This document shows positions 32,853 through 50,693 of a stretch of DNA of 64,000 nt, piece after piece (position 1 is the first letter of the stretch; every line of letters starts with the position of its first letter). The notes beneath the pieces are model-generated. The model did not search any database. It was not told the origin of the DNA and saw only the letters and a list, made by a program, of their open reading frames with translations. The stretch comes from the human T2T-CHM13v2.0 reference genome, Homo sapiens. A program made the position numbers and the translations under genes. The DNA is taken from NCBI RefSeq assembly GCF_009914755.1, contig NC_060931.1. The stretch is one strand, 5' to 3'.

Positions 32853-34016
32853 GGGCAGATTTAAGATCTATCCTCTTATTAAATTACAGTATACAATACA
32901 GTATTGTTAACTTTGTCATCATGCTGTACATTAGATCTTCAGAAATTGTTTGTCTAGTATAACCAAAACTTTGGACCATTTGACCCAAATCACCCCATTC
33001 TTCCCTCCCCCCATCCTCTGGAAATTAGCATCCTACCCTCTACTTTTATGAATTTGATATTTTTCGATATGTGAGATCATGTGGTACTTTTATTTCTGTC
33101 TCAGTCACTTCATTTAGCGTGATGTTCTCCACCTCCATCCATGTGGTCGCAAATGGCAGGATTTCCTTCTTGTTGAAGGGTGAATGCTATTCCATTGTGT
33201 ATGTGTGTGTGTGTATACACACCATGTTTTCTTTATCAATACATCTGCAAAAAGATAGTGAGATTATTTTTGTATCTTGGCCATTGTGAATAATACTGCA
33301 GCCGCTCAGTGTAGATATTTCTCAACATACTGATTTCAGTTCCTTTGGATATATATCTAAAATGGGATTGCTGGATCATGTGATAGTTCTATTTTTAATT
33401 TTTGGGGGGAACCACTATACTGTTTTCCATGATGTTTATGCTAATTTACAGTTCCCCCTGCAGTGTACAGGGGTTCCCTTTACTCCAAATCCTTACCAAC
33501 CCTTACCTTGTCTTTTTGATAACAGCCATTCTAACAAGTGTGAGATAATATCTCATACTGGTTTTAATTTCCGTTTCCCTGAGAGTTGGTGACATTGTGC
33601 ATTTTTTTCATATATCCATTGGCCATTTACATGTCATCTTTTGAAAAATGTCAATTCAGACCTTTTGCCCATTTTAAAATCAGATTATTTCTTTTTTGCT
33701 GTTGAGTTCCTTGCATATTCTGGATATTAATCCCTTATTAGATAAACATTTCTTGAAAGGCAGGTATAGTAGTGACAAACACAGTTTTTGTTTGTCTGAG
33801 GAGGACTTAATCTCCCCAACATTTTAAAAGGATAGCTTTGCAGGGTATAGTGTTTTAGGTTAGCAATTCTTCTTTCTTTCAGTCCTTTGAATATATTACT
33901 TCACTGTCCCCAAGCTTGTAAGGTTTCTGTGAAGAAACGTCCTGTTAGTTTCATGGTATTTTCTTTGAATGTGATGAGGCACTTTTCTCTTTCTGCTTTG
34001 AAAATTCTTTGTCTTT

Positions 34017-34344
<328 letters not shown>

Positions 34345-34462
34345 TTAGGTTTCTCAGTATAGTCCACTTTATATTCAATATATTTGATGTTTTATATGAT
34401 TTTTGAGACTGGATGTTTATTTCTCTTCCCAGTTTGAGAACTTTTGGTTATTATTTCTTTAA

Positions 34463-34942
<480 letters not shown>

Positions 34943-35539
34943 TAAACCTGACCAGTTTAAAGATGTAAAACTGGAAAAGAGTTGTTTTGTTCATTTGCCC
35001 CCCTTTTCCAAGAATTTTGCATTATATATTTTGAAGTAATGTCATTTAATCCCCTCTCTCCTGATGCTGCGATAGTCTGCATTAATGTTGAAGCTTATCT
35101 TTTATCAATATATAATGTCTCTGTTTTCCTATGTAATGCTTTTTCTCTTTAGTGATGCTTTGAGTCAAATGAATATTTCCACCTGTACACCCTTAACTCA
35201 GTGTTCTTAACCTCCCATCCCCTCTGAGTCCCTTACAATGGGCCGAGGATACACTTTCTATATGGTAATTCTTCTAAGTTCTACGAGAACGCTGCTGGCT
35301 TCATTTCTCTTCAACCTTTCCAATCCTGATTTTCTCCTCAATATTTTTGTCTAGTGGATATCCTAGACTTGCTTCCTGTGTGAGCTCCTTTGCTTCTAGG
35401 TTCTTCCTTTGGACATGTCTAGAACATTTTCCCTGTACTTCACTAGGCAGCTATCTATTCCATTGCTTGCCCACCTTGAGGACCCTCAGCTTGCCTCTTA
35501 CCTAACAGTTGTCTAGGAGGGTGAGGCAGAGTTTGAAGC

Positions 35540-35780
35540 CTGCCTTTCTCCCTTCTCTTCCCCTTCCCTCCTTCCTTCCTTTCTGTGTATTTTCTTTCTC
35601 TCTGTCTCTCTTTGTTTCTTCCATCCTTTCTCTCTTTCTTTTTTCCTTTCTTCCTTTCTCTCTCCCTTCCTTCCTTTCCCTTCCCCTCTCCCTCCTTCCT
35701 TTTTCCTTTCCTTTTCCTACCTTCCTTCCTACCTTCCTTCCTTCCTTCCCCCACCTCCACTTTCTTTTCTTTGCTCCCTG
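35540..35780. repeat. Polypyrimidine low-complexity tract
   Basis: ~240 bp of nearly pure C/T next to an AluJ remnant (35800-36030, -). Confidence 0.9.
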
Positions 35781-36470
35781 TCTGGTAGAGTTCCATAGAA
35801 TGGTCATAGCTCACTGCAGCCTCAAATTCCTGGGCTTAAGCAATCCTCCTGCCTCAGCCTCCCGAGTAGCTGGAACTACAGGTGCACACCATCATGCCTG
35901 GCCAATTAAAAAAAATTAGAGATGGGGTCTCATTATGTTGCCCAGGCTGGTGTCAAACACCTGGCCTCAAGCAATCTTCCTGTCTCAGCCTCTCAAGTAG
36001 CTGGAATTACAGGTGCAAGCCACTGTGCCAAGCAGGAGTCTGCCTTTCTTTCTTGGGTTTTTTTTTTTTTTCCCAGCCTGTCATCTGATTCACATATTTT
36101 CCTTGGTCACATAATACAATTTTGCTTTTTAGTCCTGGGAGCTCTTATCTTTTATTAAAGACATTTTTATATGAGTTGTTTTAAGTAAGTAGTCCTCTGA
36201 CATTTTTGTTTTTAGCCTTTTCCTCATAGTTGGGGCTATTCCTCTTGTTATCTGTCTTTGAAGTTATGGGCAATGTTTTGTTTGTCTTTATCATCACCAT
36301 TAGTAATTATCTTTCACATTTAAAAAGCAGTTCTTGATCCTATCTATCTCTATTTATCAGAGGCAAGAATGAAGTAGTTTCTTTTGATTCCTTATTATGT
36401 AGGAGATATTTTAGGATTTCTTACACCTGCCCCACACAGAAACATAGATATACTCTTGATTAATGTATTA

Positions 36471-36768
<298 letters not shown>

Positions 36769-37394
36769 CTATATATATATGTATATTTACACACATACAT
36801 GCATACATATATATGTATATAAATTTGGCCTTAAGAACCAAGAAAAACCGTGTTTTTTTTTAGACAGGGTATATGTATGTAAATAAAATATATCCTGTAA
36901 GTAAAGTATGATATTTAATATAGCATGTGTAATATATAGTGTTATAAGATGGTAGAAATACACACACCACACATACACTTAAATTTATATATATAATTTT
37001 TTCGCTGCTGTGTCATTGATCTTGGCCTCCATCATGGTGCGTGAACACGCCATGCCAGGAGCTTTATCCTCTTCAGGCTATAGAAGTTGAAGGATAGGAA
37101 CCTAATTCCTAGTCCAGTTCCCTCCTGCATGCTGGCATTCTTCCACTATTGCTCTGGTGGGATAAGGAGAAGGCTTTTCTTATTGCTTAAGCCTTTTCTT
37201 AAGCACACCTCATTGCCTGCTCTTCCATCACTTTCGCCAGATGGAATAAGCAAGAAAACAACTCTCCAGGTTCTTCTTTTCCACATGGGAGCTCTCACTC
37301 TTGGCACATGGTACTGCTGCAGCCTCTATTCTCATTCATGCTCTCACCTAGGGCACAGTCTCAAAGCTGATCTCATACACCAAAAGATGCCTGG

Positions 37395-37770
37395 GGCCGG
37401 GCACAGTGGCTCATGCCTGTAATCCCAGCACTTTGGGAGGCTGAGGCGGGTGGATCACCTGAGGTCTAGGAGTTTGAGACCAGCCTGACCAACATGATGA
37501 AACCCTGTCTCTACCAAAAATACAAAAATTAGCCAGTTGTGATGGTGCCTGCCTGTAATCCCAGCTACTCAGGAGGCTGAGGTAGGAGAATCACTTGAAC
37601 CCGGGAGGTGGAGGTTGCAGTGAGTGGTGGTGCATGCCTGTAGCCCCAGCTACTTAGAAGGCTGAAGGTGGAGGATTGCTGAAGGTGGAGGATTGCTTGG
37701 GCCCAGGAGGCAGAGGTTGCAGTGAGCTGAGAGCATGGGCAACACAGTGAGACCTTGTCTCAAAAAAAAT
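37395..37770 (+). mobile_element. Chimeric Alu (AluS body fused to a second right arm with a 17-bp tandem duplication)
   Basis: Junction gttgcagtgag|tggtggtgcatgcc; gctgaaggtggaggatt twice. Confidence 0.85.
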
Positions 37771-37779
37771 AGGACACTT

Positions 37780-38510
<731 letters not shown>

Positions 38511-38867
38511 ATGGCTGTACTTTTTGCAAAAACAATCAGGAGAACAGAAAATAAGGATATATAGTATATATAAATGTATATATAAACAGAAATAAAATAT
38601 GAGTATGATTTTTAAAACGCAGGACTGAAGTTGGTCCTAGCTCGGGCATGGACGCGAGTCTTACACTGTGGCATCTGCTCCTTTTTCTTTCTGGTTCAGA
38701 AAGAAGCCAGACCTGAGCTGACACTTGCGGGCAGCTGGAGCCAGACTGTCCTGCCTTATTTCCAGGTGGCTGGGCTTTTCTATTTCTAAGGGTAAAGGTG
38801 TGTTCAGGTCACTGTAATTTTTCATCTAGTGCCATCAGATTTGTGCACGACTTTTATTCCAGTGGGG

Positions 38868-38898
<31 letters not shown>

Positions 38899-39920
38899 GT
38901 GTGAATGTGTACACAGGCTAGTGCCTTCTTTGGGATATTTACCCAAATTCATTTTGGGTGTGAGGAGATCTATTTCAGAGTTTGGTAGCCCAATTCAACC
39001 CTAAGATATAAAATATGATTTTAAAAAGTCATAGCTGCCCGGGACATTGGGCCAGAAAGTAGCACTGGTGGTGTGGCTGTGGAATGTCATATCTCCATTG
39101 ATGGGCACACGAGGGTTTTTGCACTAGTGACTGACAGGTGTTAAGTCACCACCCTTGCAACTGACTATCGGAGTTCCAAATGTGAGAGGTCGGAACATTT
39201 TAGTCACTCACCTGCGGAGAGAGGGAGACTATAGGGCCTTAGACCAGTAAGGCCTTTAGACCACCTGGGCCCGCCCCTCATTCTACAGGTGAGATCTGAG
39301 CCTGCGGGGAGGCAGCTGGAGAAGGGTATGTGTGGGACCAGCTGGTGGCCCGCCTTGACCCCCGGTGCAATCAGTTTTAAGGCCAGTGCTCTTGCATGTT
39401 AATAACTTTTCTCTTGGATGGTGTTTTAATCCGCTGGGACTAAATGATTCTGTCATAAATCCTTGCAGACGAGAGGATGGGAACTGCCGTTTCTGAAGTC
39501 ACCTGCAATGTGCCAAGTACTCAACACATGCTACCTCATGAATTCCTAGGTAGTGGACCTAGGAGGTGGCAATTATTTGTTCCATTGTACAGATAAGGAA
39601 ACCGAGGCTGATGCAGAATTGGGGTTTGTTACACCATGATTTTTCCCAGGCTCCACGCATTCCACAGATTTACAGTCTCAGTTTTCAGTTTTCATTCTGG
39701 AGGTATCGGACAGGTGTCTGCTGTGTGCACGTCCTGAGAACACAGTCCTGGCCCTCGTGGGATGTATAGACATTGCCACTGTAGCGCTGGAATCAATGGG
39801 ATTTACTGCAGAGATGACTGTGGGGGCGAGGTTAATGCCAAGGGTCAGACTGAACCCTATGTCCTTCCTGTGTGTCTGCTTGTAGATTTCTGGAGGGAAT
39901 GTTTCTTTTTATTATTACAA

Positions 39921-40289
<369 letters not shown>

Positions 40290-40581
40290 TGACACCGGAG
40301 GGGGAACAATGACTGCCATGTTCAATAAAACTTTTGTGGGAGATGATTTAAATTGCTTTGATGACACCCTTGGGAGTTGGGACTCCTTTTAGTAATTTAG
40401 GTTGAAGGAATGTGTGCTTTCATGAAAGAGAGGAAATGTATCTGGACTCTGGGCTTGAAGCTCTTCTTTCTAAGAGGAGGCTTGTTGGATTTCAAAACCA
40501 AGACGACACCACCTCTTGGTGTGCTGGCAGACACAGAGAGAGGACTGTCTGTCTTCCCTCCTGTGTCCCTCTCTGCCACAG

Positions 40582-40653
40582 CTGAAATGGCTGATCTTTT
40601 CAGAATCACTGACTGGGGGATGTTCATGAGCTTGGACAGGATAACAAATGGAG
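40582..40653 (+). other. Candidate 72-nt in-frame (phase 1-1) alternative exon
   Basis: Pyrimidine tract gtcttccctcctgtgtccctctctgccacAG, donor GAG|GTGGGT, open frame (A)EMADLFRITDWGMFMSLDRITNG(G). Confidence 0.45.
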
Positions 40654-41156
40654 GTGGGTTATTTTCTGATCCTAATAAGTGAGAAACAGCTGTTCTTCCT
40701 AGCTTGGAAAGCAAGTCATTTGTTTTCTACACACACACATGCATGCGCGTGCACATACACACAACCACACACACAAACACACATGGTTATCAACATGCTG
40801 CTAGGAAAAATTAAAAATTGCGCATCATATTTCTAAAAGAGGAAGCAGAGAAAAGGGATTTCCAGAATTCTAAACACGCCTCCCATCACTGCGTCTCCTC
40901 TCAGCTAGGACTTTCTGTTTGCACAGCCGAGGCCTGCAGGGTACATTCCAGAGGTGGACTTGGGGCTGGCCTTGAACTTCCAGACCCTCTCTCCCCTCTC
41001 TGGCCGGGGCTGGGGAAATGTCAGCTATTCTGAGGGCCTTGGAAGCTGGACTCAGTTATTTTCGGTAATGTATCATCAACCACTTATTCCACTTTTACAG
41101 AAGCTATTTGTAAAATGAACAGTGTTTAATGTATTTATATTTAAAGTAATTATTGA

Positions 41157-41435
<279 letters not shown>

Positions 41436-42134
41436 TGATTACTTTTTTTTTAAAGTAATAATACTTTTTTAAAAATATTTTTTAATTATTATATTAAAAT
41501 ATATATTTAATATATACTAATAATTATATATAATAATATATAATAAAATATATATTTAAATATGTATATAATAAAATATATAACATATATTTTAAATATT
41601 GTTTAATTATTATAAAAAATAATTACTTTTTTAAAAGTAATTATTGATAGAGAGGGATTTACTTTTGCCATTGTGTTGCTGTTAGTCTTGTAGTCCTTTT
41701 TTCTGTCTTTCAACTGATGTATAATTTCAGTTAAGTAAGATGAATAAGTTCTAGTTACCCAATATGCAGCATTGTACTTATAGTTGAGGCATAAACTCAT
41801 TTAGTACTTTAATTTGGCCCAAATACACAAGTGTGCGCAGTATTGGACACTTAAAAATTTGTTAAGAGGATAGATCTTGTGTGAAAGGTTCTTACCACAA
41901 AAAAACTAAACGAAAATGAAATAAAAATGAATAATGTAAAGGATAGGTAAATTACAAAGTACACAAAGGCAAAAAAGAATTTCACTGTCTTTTGAATGAA
42001 CCCTTTATAGGCGGTTTCTGCTTTATATGCAGGGGTGGAAGGTGAAGAACCTGCTATTGACAGTGACTTTGAAAGACTTTGAGAAAATTGTGTAAGTAGG
42101 TACAAAGTGTCATCACAAACCATGTGTCTTATAA

Positions 42135-42512
42135 TACATGTAGCAAGAATGGAATACTGTGTAGCCATAAAAAGGAATGAGATCATGTCCTTTGCAGGGA
42201 CATGGATGAAGCTGGGAGCCATTATCCTCACCATACTAATGCAGGAACAGAAAACCAAACACCGCGTGTTGTCACTTATAAGTAGGGGCTTAACGATGAG
42301 AATACATGGACACAGGGAGGGGAGCAACACACACTGGGGCCTGTTGGGAGAGGGCAGGGGTGGGGAGAGCATCAGGGAAAATAGCTAATGCATGCGGGGC
42401 TGAATACCTAGGTTGATGGGTTGATAGTTGCAGCAAACCACCATGGCACATGTTTATGTATGTAACAAACCTGCACATCCTGTGCGTGTATCCCAGAACC
42501 TAAAATAAAATA
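42135..42512 (+). mobile_element. L1PA 3' end
   Basis: gccataaaaaggaatgagatcatgtcctttgcagggacatggatgaagctgg. Confidence 0.9.
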
Positions 42513-42968
42513 TTTTTAAAAATTAGGTAACAGAGTCTCAGTATGCTGTCCAGGCTCAAGTGCACTGGCATGGGGCTTCAGCTGTGTCATATTTCAAAAT
42601 GAGAGTTCTCTACATGGCGGCCTTCGAATAATGTGTGCTAATTTCAGGACCTGAAAGATACTAGCGTACATGTGCAGGGCCATGTGCACACACTCTCCTT
42701 GTTGTCCCAGGGACCTAGGTCTCCTTGTCTGTTGCCTCTGAGCTCAGGCACTGTAACCTCATAGAACGTCACTGTAATGGGGAGACAAAGCTAGGCTGAA
42801 TTGATGAAAGCTGGAAAGACTACTTTACTGGGTCTTATTCATTATTTTCAGCAGCATAGCATAACCCTGCTCTTTAAAAAATGGACTAAATTGAGAGTCT
42901 GTTGAACTTCCCCCGTTCAACATGGGGTATTCATTTGTTATTAGGAACGGCAATTTTTATGCATGTAA

Positions 42969-43520
<552 letters not shown>

Positions 43521-44803
43521 TATTTATATCTTATATATACCACTTAATTGCTTTATTTTCATTTCCTTCGTAAATGATATCTAGGTGAAATTAACCAGCC
43601 TTTTTTGAATGAATGATCCCTAAGTTTGAATTGGTGGGGTCTGTGTAAATGGATGAGGGCCATTTGAATAGACATTGGGACACTTGAAGATGAAAAATTC
43701 ATGGTCAAATACAACATTTTTCTGACTTGTGCTAGAAAGATGTCAGATTCTCTTTTTTGTTTAATACAGTGATTACTAATACTCAGCACGTCGACCTGTT
43801 GCTTGGAAGTGATTTACTCATTCTCTGGTCTGGGAGAATTACTGCCTTTTTTTTTCTTCATGACTCAGAGTGGGCTGGACACCCCTCTAAAGAAGCCATT
43901 AAATTTGATGAAGAGCCACATTCCTTGCAAGGCTTGACCTCAAACATTTGAGATTAGCCCTTTGAATTTCTCTTTCTGGAAGTCTGACAGCAAAACTTGG
44001 TGCATTTTTCTCTGCAGGATCCAAATAATAGCTAAACGCCTCCGGGGCAGCTGTAAGGCAAGTATTTTAAAAACAACCATGTTAAAATGATCTGGAGACT
44101 GCAAACAATCGGCTTTTCTTTCGCCCCAGGAGTCTCAAGGTGCACACTTGCATATTTGAGCCAATTAAAATACTAAATAAGCTTGTCCCTCAAGAATGTA
44201 GACAGAGCTTTTCACTCTAATTTCTGCTCAATACCCTTGAGCACACCTTGTTGGTTGAATAAAGCCACACCTAGTTTCTGCAATTAGGGGAACCACGTAG
44301 TTGATTTTTGCAAGCTTTCCTTCATCAGAGAATGAGCAGTCTTCATTCATTCAATGCAGTGATGCATTTGTTCTTTTACCCAACAGATACTTTTTGAACA
44401 TTTACAACATGCCAGCATAGTTTAACCTGTATATATTCGACAGACGCTAAGTTAACTGAAACGGCGTTCAGAGGTGGATTAAGTATTCATCAGTGCGTAT
44501 ATAGAAACTGAAGGCATGGAGTGGGTGACAAAGTGGGTACAGATGTTGTCTCTTCCCCTTTGCCCCTTTGGGTAAATTACCGTATGATCTTAAATACATT
44601 GTCAAGGAATAAGCCACTGAAAACGGAGAAGGTTTTGATGACAGCGCTGCATGCATGTTTTTGTTAAGAAACACTCCAAGGGCATCATTCTTGGGCTATG
44701 TCAAGGTCTATCAACTGGGAACCACTCAATTTACCAGGCTCCCAAGATGCAAGTGGCCTGTGTTTGCTTATTTGTGTCAAGGGGATCCCTACAGTTCAGA
44801 TAA

Positions 44804-45170
<367 letters not shown>

Positions 45171-46087
45171 CAAGTCCAATATTTTACCTAGAAGCCTAGC
45201 AATTCTTTCTGTGTAAGGAGATGCATAGAACACGTTTGGGGTAGAGGTAGATGTAGCTATAGATACAATTACAGATATAGTTATGGATATATAAAATTAA
45301 ATACCTTAATCCTTGACTTTATTATTTTTCTTCTATCACATATAATCCTATTTGGAGCAAAAATACTTTGAGCACATGTTAATTTTGCTAGTTTTTTGGG
45401 ATAGTTTTTCCCGCCAGTACTCCCATTTGCAGAACTAGTGGTAAATGCTAATGGAAAACTTCTTCAGTTAGCAGATTTTTATTTTACTTTATTCCTGGGG
45501 CAATTCTCCTTAAATTGTAGATCAAATCCAGCTGCAGGCTAAAGCACCAAAATTTTCTTGTTTTCAACTAACCCACGGCAAGGATAAATTTTTCTACCCC
45601 CTGGGATGGCAGATTCAGTCCCGGAAATTCAGAGTAGTGAAATTGTTAGCAGTTGTTCTTAAAATCTGGGCTCTCATTTCATGGCGATGTCTTTGGTCTT
45701 TGTGTTGAAAGCAGGACCTCTGTAAGCCCCTTCTCCTCCCCAGACTGTGAGTTTGGTGGGTGTTATGACAACGGTGAGGGGACGGGGGAGGGCCCCTCCA
45801 GGAAGTTGTCATCTCAGTCCAGTGCGGGGTCAGCAGTAAAGGACTTACTAGGTTGGCGACCTGATGTCACCCAGAGCCAGAGAAGTTTCCATATCTCAAT
45901 GAACCTTTTGGATTCGAAGAGAGATAATTACTAACTCCACGGACTGGCCTTAGAAGACTCTTCCTCTGACATCATCCAATTCATTCTGCCACTTAAAAAA
46001 AGAAAAAAAATCCAGGTACCGTGGAAAGCCACTGGAAGCTTTAAGCAAGAGAGTGTCCTGATTTACAATTAAAAAATTTCTAATTAG

Positions 46088-47515
<1,428 letters not shown>

Positions 47516-47825
47516 ATGTCACATTTTTGAGTATACATTTTACCCTGCTGGGTATATGTTATTACACTAGGTGCTGGCTTACAGAGGCAATAAGACCCAC
47601 TTTCTGCCATGAGAGAGGAAACTCACAATCTGTTGGAGGAGACGGGCATCTAAACGGAAAATTATAATACAGCTTATCAAGTGCTATGATAGAGACAGGT
47701 CTTAAGAGAGCAGAGAGTGGATGCAATCGAGGAAGACTTCCTGGTCTTCATAGCCCCACCTCTAGGAAGTCTTCCTTGGTTGCACCCACTCTGTGCTCCG
47801 TTAAGACCTGTCTCTGGAGTAGCAG

Positions 47826-47924
47826 TAGAGTTCCTACTCAACTTCTCATTTTCTGGTTCCTTCTACCAAGTTAAGCATACTCATTAGAAGGAACCAGAAA
47901 ATGAGAAGTTAAATCTGAAGTCCA
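47826..47924 (-). ncRNA. MIR3914-1: pre-miRNA hairpin MIR3914-1 (antisense reading of the same palindrome)
   Basis: Reverse strand reads UGGACUUCAGAUUUAACUUCUC...GGAACUCUA and yields the same 22-mer because the arms are perfect complements. Confidence 0.8.
47828..47922 (+). ncRNA. MIR3914-2: pre-miRNA hairpin MIR3914-2 (mature AAGGAACCAGAAAAUGAGAAGU at 47888-47909)
   Basis: Perfect 26-bp inverted repeat 47840-47865 / 47885-47910 with a 19-nt loop; the 3' arm equals the mature miR-3914 sequence as I recall it. Confidence 0.85.
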
Positions 47925-48897
47925 AGTGGTTGGTGAGTATTGGTTAGAGCACTATTTTTAGAATAGAAGAATGCTTATGAGTGAAGCATTTTTTTTTTCT
48001 TTTCATTTGTGCATTTCTCTGGCTCTGGGAGATTGTAAAGGTTACTTCATTGGGATGCTTAGATCACAGTTTCTGGTTATTAGAAAGAGGCCACACTGAG
48101 ACCTTTGGGAGAAAAGGGGCACAGCAGGTGGGTAGGTGGGACGTGCCTCATTGAGCCTGATTCAGGGGTCTTGTGTGTTTTCCATTTCATCCAATTCTGG
48201 GAAGTCTGAAGGCTCCGGGTCAGAGGGAAGTTTGTTGCATGGGGGCAGTTGTCTGGAAAGCTTAGTGACAAAGTAGCAAATAGGAGCAAGGAAACAAAGT
48301 ATATAAAGACCTGCTATTTAGGAATGGCACTATTCTTGTCGTGGTGACTCACATTTGTCAAGCCTTGAAGGATATTTGCAGAGGAAGAAAGAAGCATTGG
48401 ATTGCAGCTCGGTGGGAGCAGATCCTGGCTGCCAGTGCTGGGACCAAGGCAGGGTGTGATCTCACCCGTGTTGCCAAGGGTCATCCCACACCCAGACTGT
48501 TCGGTTTCCATTCTCATTCCTTGGCATTGCCTTTTATAGAACTGCTTTCAAAAGAGGCATTGGGGCTGATGTCACAGGATCACTATGTGTTTCTCAGGAG
48601 TAGGGAGGGAATGAATAGGATTTTTCGAACATTCTATACCAAATTCACTGCCCTCCCTCCATTTGATTTAGGACTTACATCTTCAGCATCCTCTCTTTGT
48701 TAGGCTCCTCTGGAATTGTCTGTCCCCCTGGCTAGATCAAGAGCCCCTCTGTATCCCCAGAACCTTGCAGCTTCAGGCACTTTGCACGAGATAAATAAAC
48801 ATGGATGCAATGAGAAAAGGGATGTGACAGGTATTGGGGAAGACAAGCCAGCAACTGCTCTGGGCTCTGCTTTGGAAGTGCCTTTCATTTCTCTTTA

Positions 48898-49196
48898 GTT
48901 TTTTTTTTTTTTTTTGAAACAGAGTCACGCTCTGTTGCCCAGGCTGGAGTGCAGTGGCACGATCTCAGCTCACTGCAACCTCTGCCTTTTGGGTTCAACG
49001 GATTTCTTATGGCTCAGCCTCCCAAGTAGCTGGATTACAGGCAAGCACCATTACGCCTGGGTAATTTTTGTATGTTTAGTAGAGACGGGGTTTCACCATG
49101 TTGGCCATACTGGTCTCGAACTCCTGACCTCAGGTGATCTGCCCACCTCGGCCTCCCAAAGTGTTGGGATTACAGATGTGAGCCACTGCGCCCAGC
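48898..49196 (-). mobile_element. AluS
   Basis: Antisense Alu dimer. Confidence 0.92.
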
Positions 49197-50016
49197 TCAT
49201 TTCTTTTTACTCTCTATCCACCACTTGTCCTAGCTCAAATCCTTTTGAGTCTGACTTGGACAGCTGATGTCACCCTCTACCTAGTCTTTTTTCCCTTCAG
49301 TGCCATTTTTCCAACTCTTGTCAGTCATTTTTATGCTGTCATTGCATCCAGACCTGATCATTTCTTTTCTCTTTCCTACTCAAAACCTTTCTTGGTTCAC
49401 TGTGACTCAGTGAATAAATCCATGACCCTTGGCAGTCTAATTCCTGTTTGTCTTTCCAGCCTTGCCATCCTGCCCAGCTACCTGCCTCCCATCTCATTCC
49501 CTGCTAAATTTGCTTCTTCCTTATGTGAGTTGAGGCACACGCTTTCCCTTCTGCTGGGAAGGAGTTTCCACCCCTCTGAGACCACATCCAAATGTTATCT
49601 CCTTGAGGAAGCCATGCACGCTCCCTGCCGAGACCAAGGAGAGAAAACCATGCCTTCGTCTGGGTTCGCATAACTTTTGTCTACACTTTTGTCATGTCGT
49701 TTACTGCAAAAGTTGTCCCCCAAGCTATCCTTTTATTTACATTTGCTTATTAATTTCAAGAATTATTTGAGATAGTATTCAAGTTACATACTAGAGGAAT
49801 ATTCCTATGAATATAGGATATTATAATGATAATAAGAGTTATGTTAAGGAATTCCCATAATAAAGGGTGGAGGGAGAGTGGGGATGAATTTGGGGTCATG
49901 TAAATACAAACTGCATATGCTGTGATGTTTAGCGCATTTGCCAGAAATGTTTAGAATACTTATTTCTAAACTTGGACCTCTACTTTCTACCAGCCAACAC
50001 TAAGAGAGAAATATAT

Positions 50017-50370
50017 TGATATGATTTGGCTATGTCCCCACCCAGATCTCATCTTGAATTCCCACGTGTTGTGGGAGGGACTTGGTGGGAGGTAATTGAA
50101 TCATGGGGGCAGGCCTTTCCCATGCTGTTCTCGTGATAGCGAATAAGTCTCACAAGATCTGATGGTTTTATAAGGGGGAGTTTCCCTGCACAAGCTCTCT
50201 CTTTGCCTGCCGCCATCTGTGTAAGACGTGACTTGCTCCTCCTTGCCTTCTGTCATGATTGTGAGGCCTCCCTAGCCATGTGGAACTGTAAGTCCATCAA
50301 ACCTCTTGCTTTTGTAAATTGCCCAGTCTCAGATATGTCTTTATCAGCAGCATGAAAACAGAAGAATACA
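50017..50370 (+). mobile_element. THE1B-like solo LTR
   Basis: tgatatga...aataca; 5-bp TSD tatat. Confidence 0.92.
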
Positions 50371-50616
50371 TATATCATCCATATGGTTCACGATGTCTCC
50401 AGGATGAAATGAATCAGAAGCAGAATGACTCTGCCAGGGGCTGAGACGCTAAAGAAATTTCCCTTACTTTGTCATAAAGGATTCCCTAAATCATATCACT
50501 ATGTGTTCAATGGCATCGTCTTTGTAAATGTAACTTCACATTCCGTGTGCCTATTTGCATCTGTTTGCAAATAGAAGAACACGTAGCACTGTCTGAGATC
50601 ATGAGGACATTTAGTA

Positions 50617-50693
50617 TTAGGTTTGTGCAAAAGTAATTGTTTTTTGCATTTAAAGTAATGGCAAAAACTGCAGTTACTTTTGCACCAACCTAA
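50617..50693. mobile_element. MADE1 mariner MITE (palindromic)
   Basis: TA|ttaggtttgtgcaaaagtaattg...ttacttttgcaccaacctaa|TA. Confidence 0.92.

Noticed and set aside
36036-36053. gtctgcctttcttt resembling the 7SK 3' end
   Set aside because: Only ~14 nt with no upstream 7SK homology; ctgcctttct also occurs at 35540, so it is probably an Alu TSD
42528-42570. Possible 7SL pseudogene
   Set aside because: About 40 nt and degenerate; indistinguishable from an Alu/FAM 3' fragment
44000-44066. Acceptor-like tttttctctgcag followed by gtaagg / gcaagt
   Set aside because: Donor is weak or ambiguous and there is no further support; such motifs are common by chance
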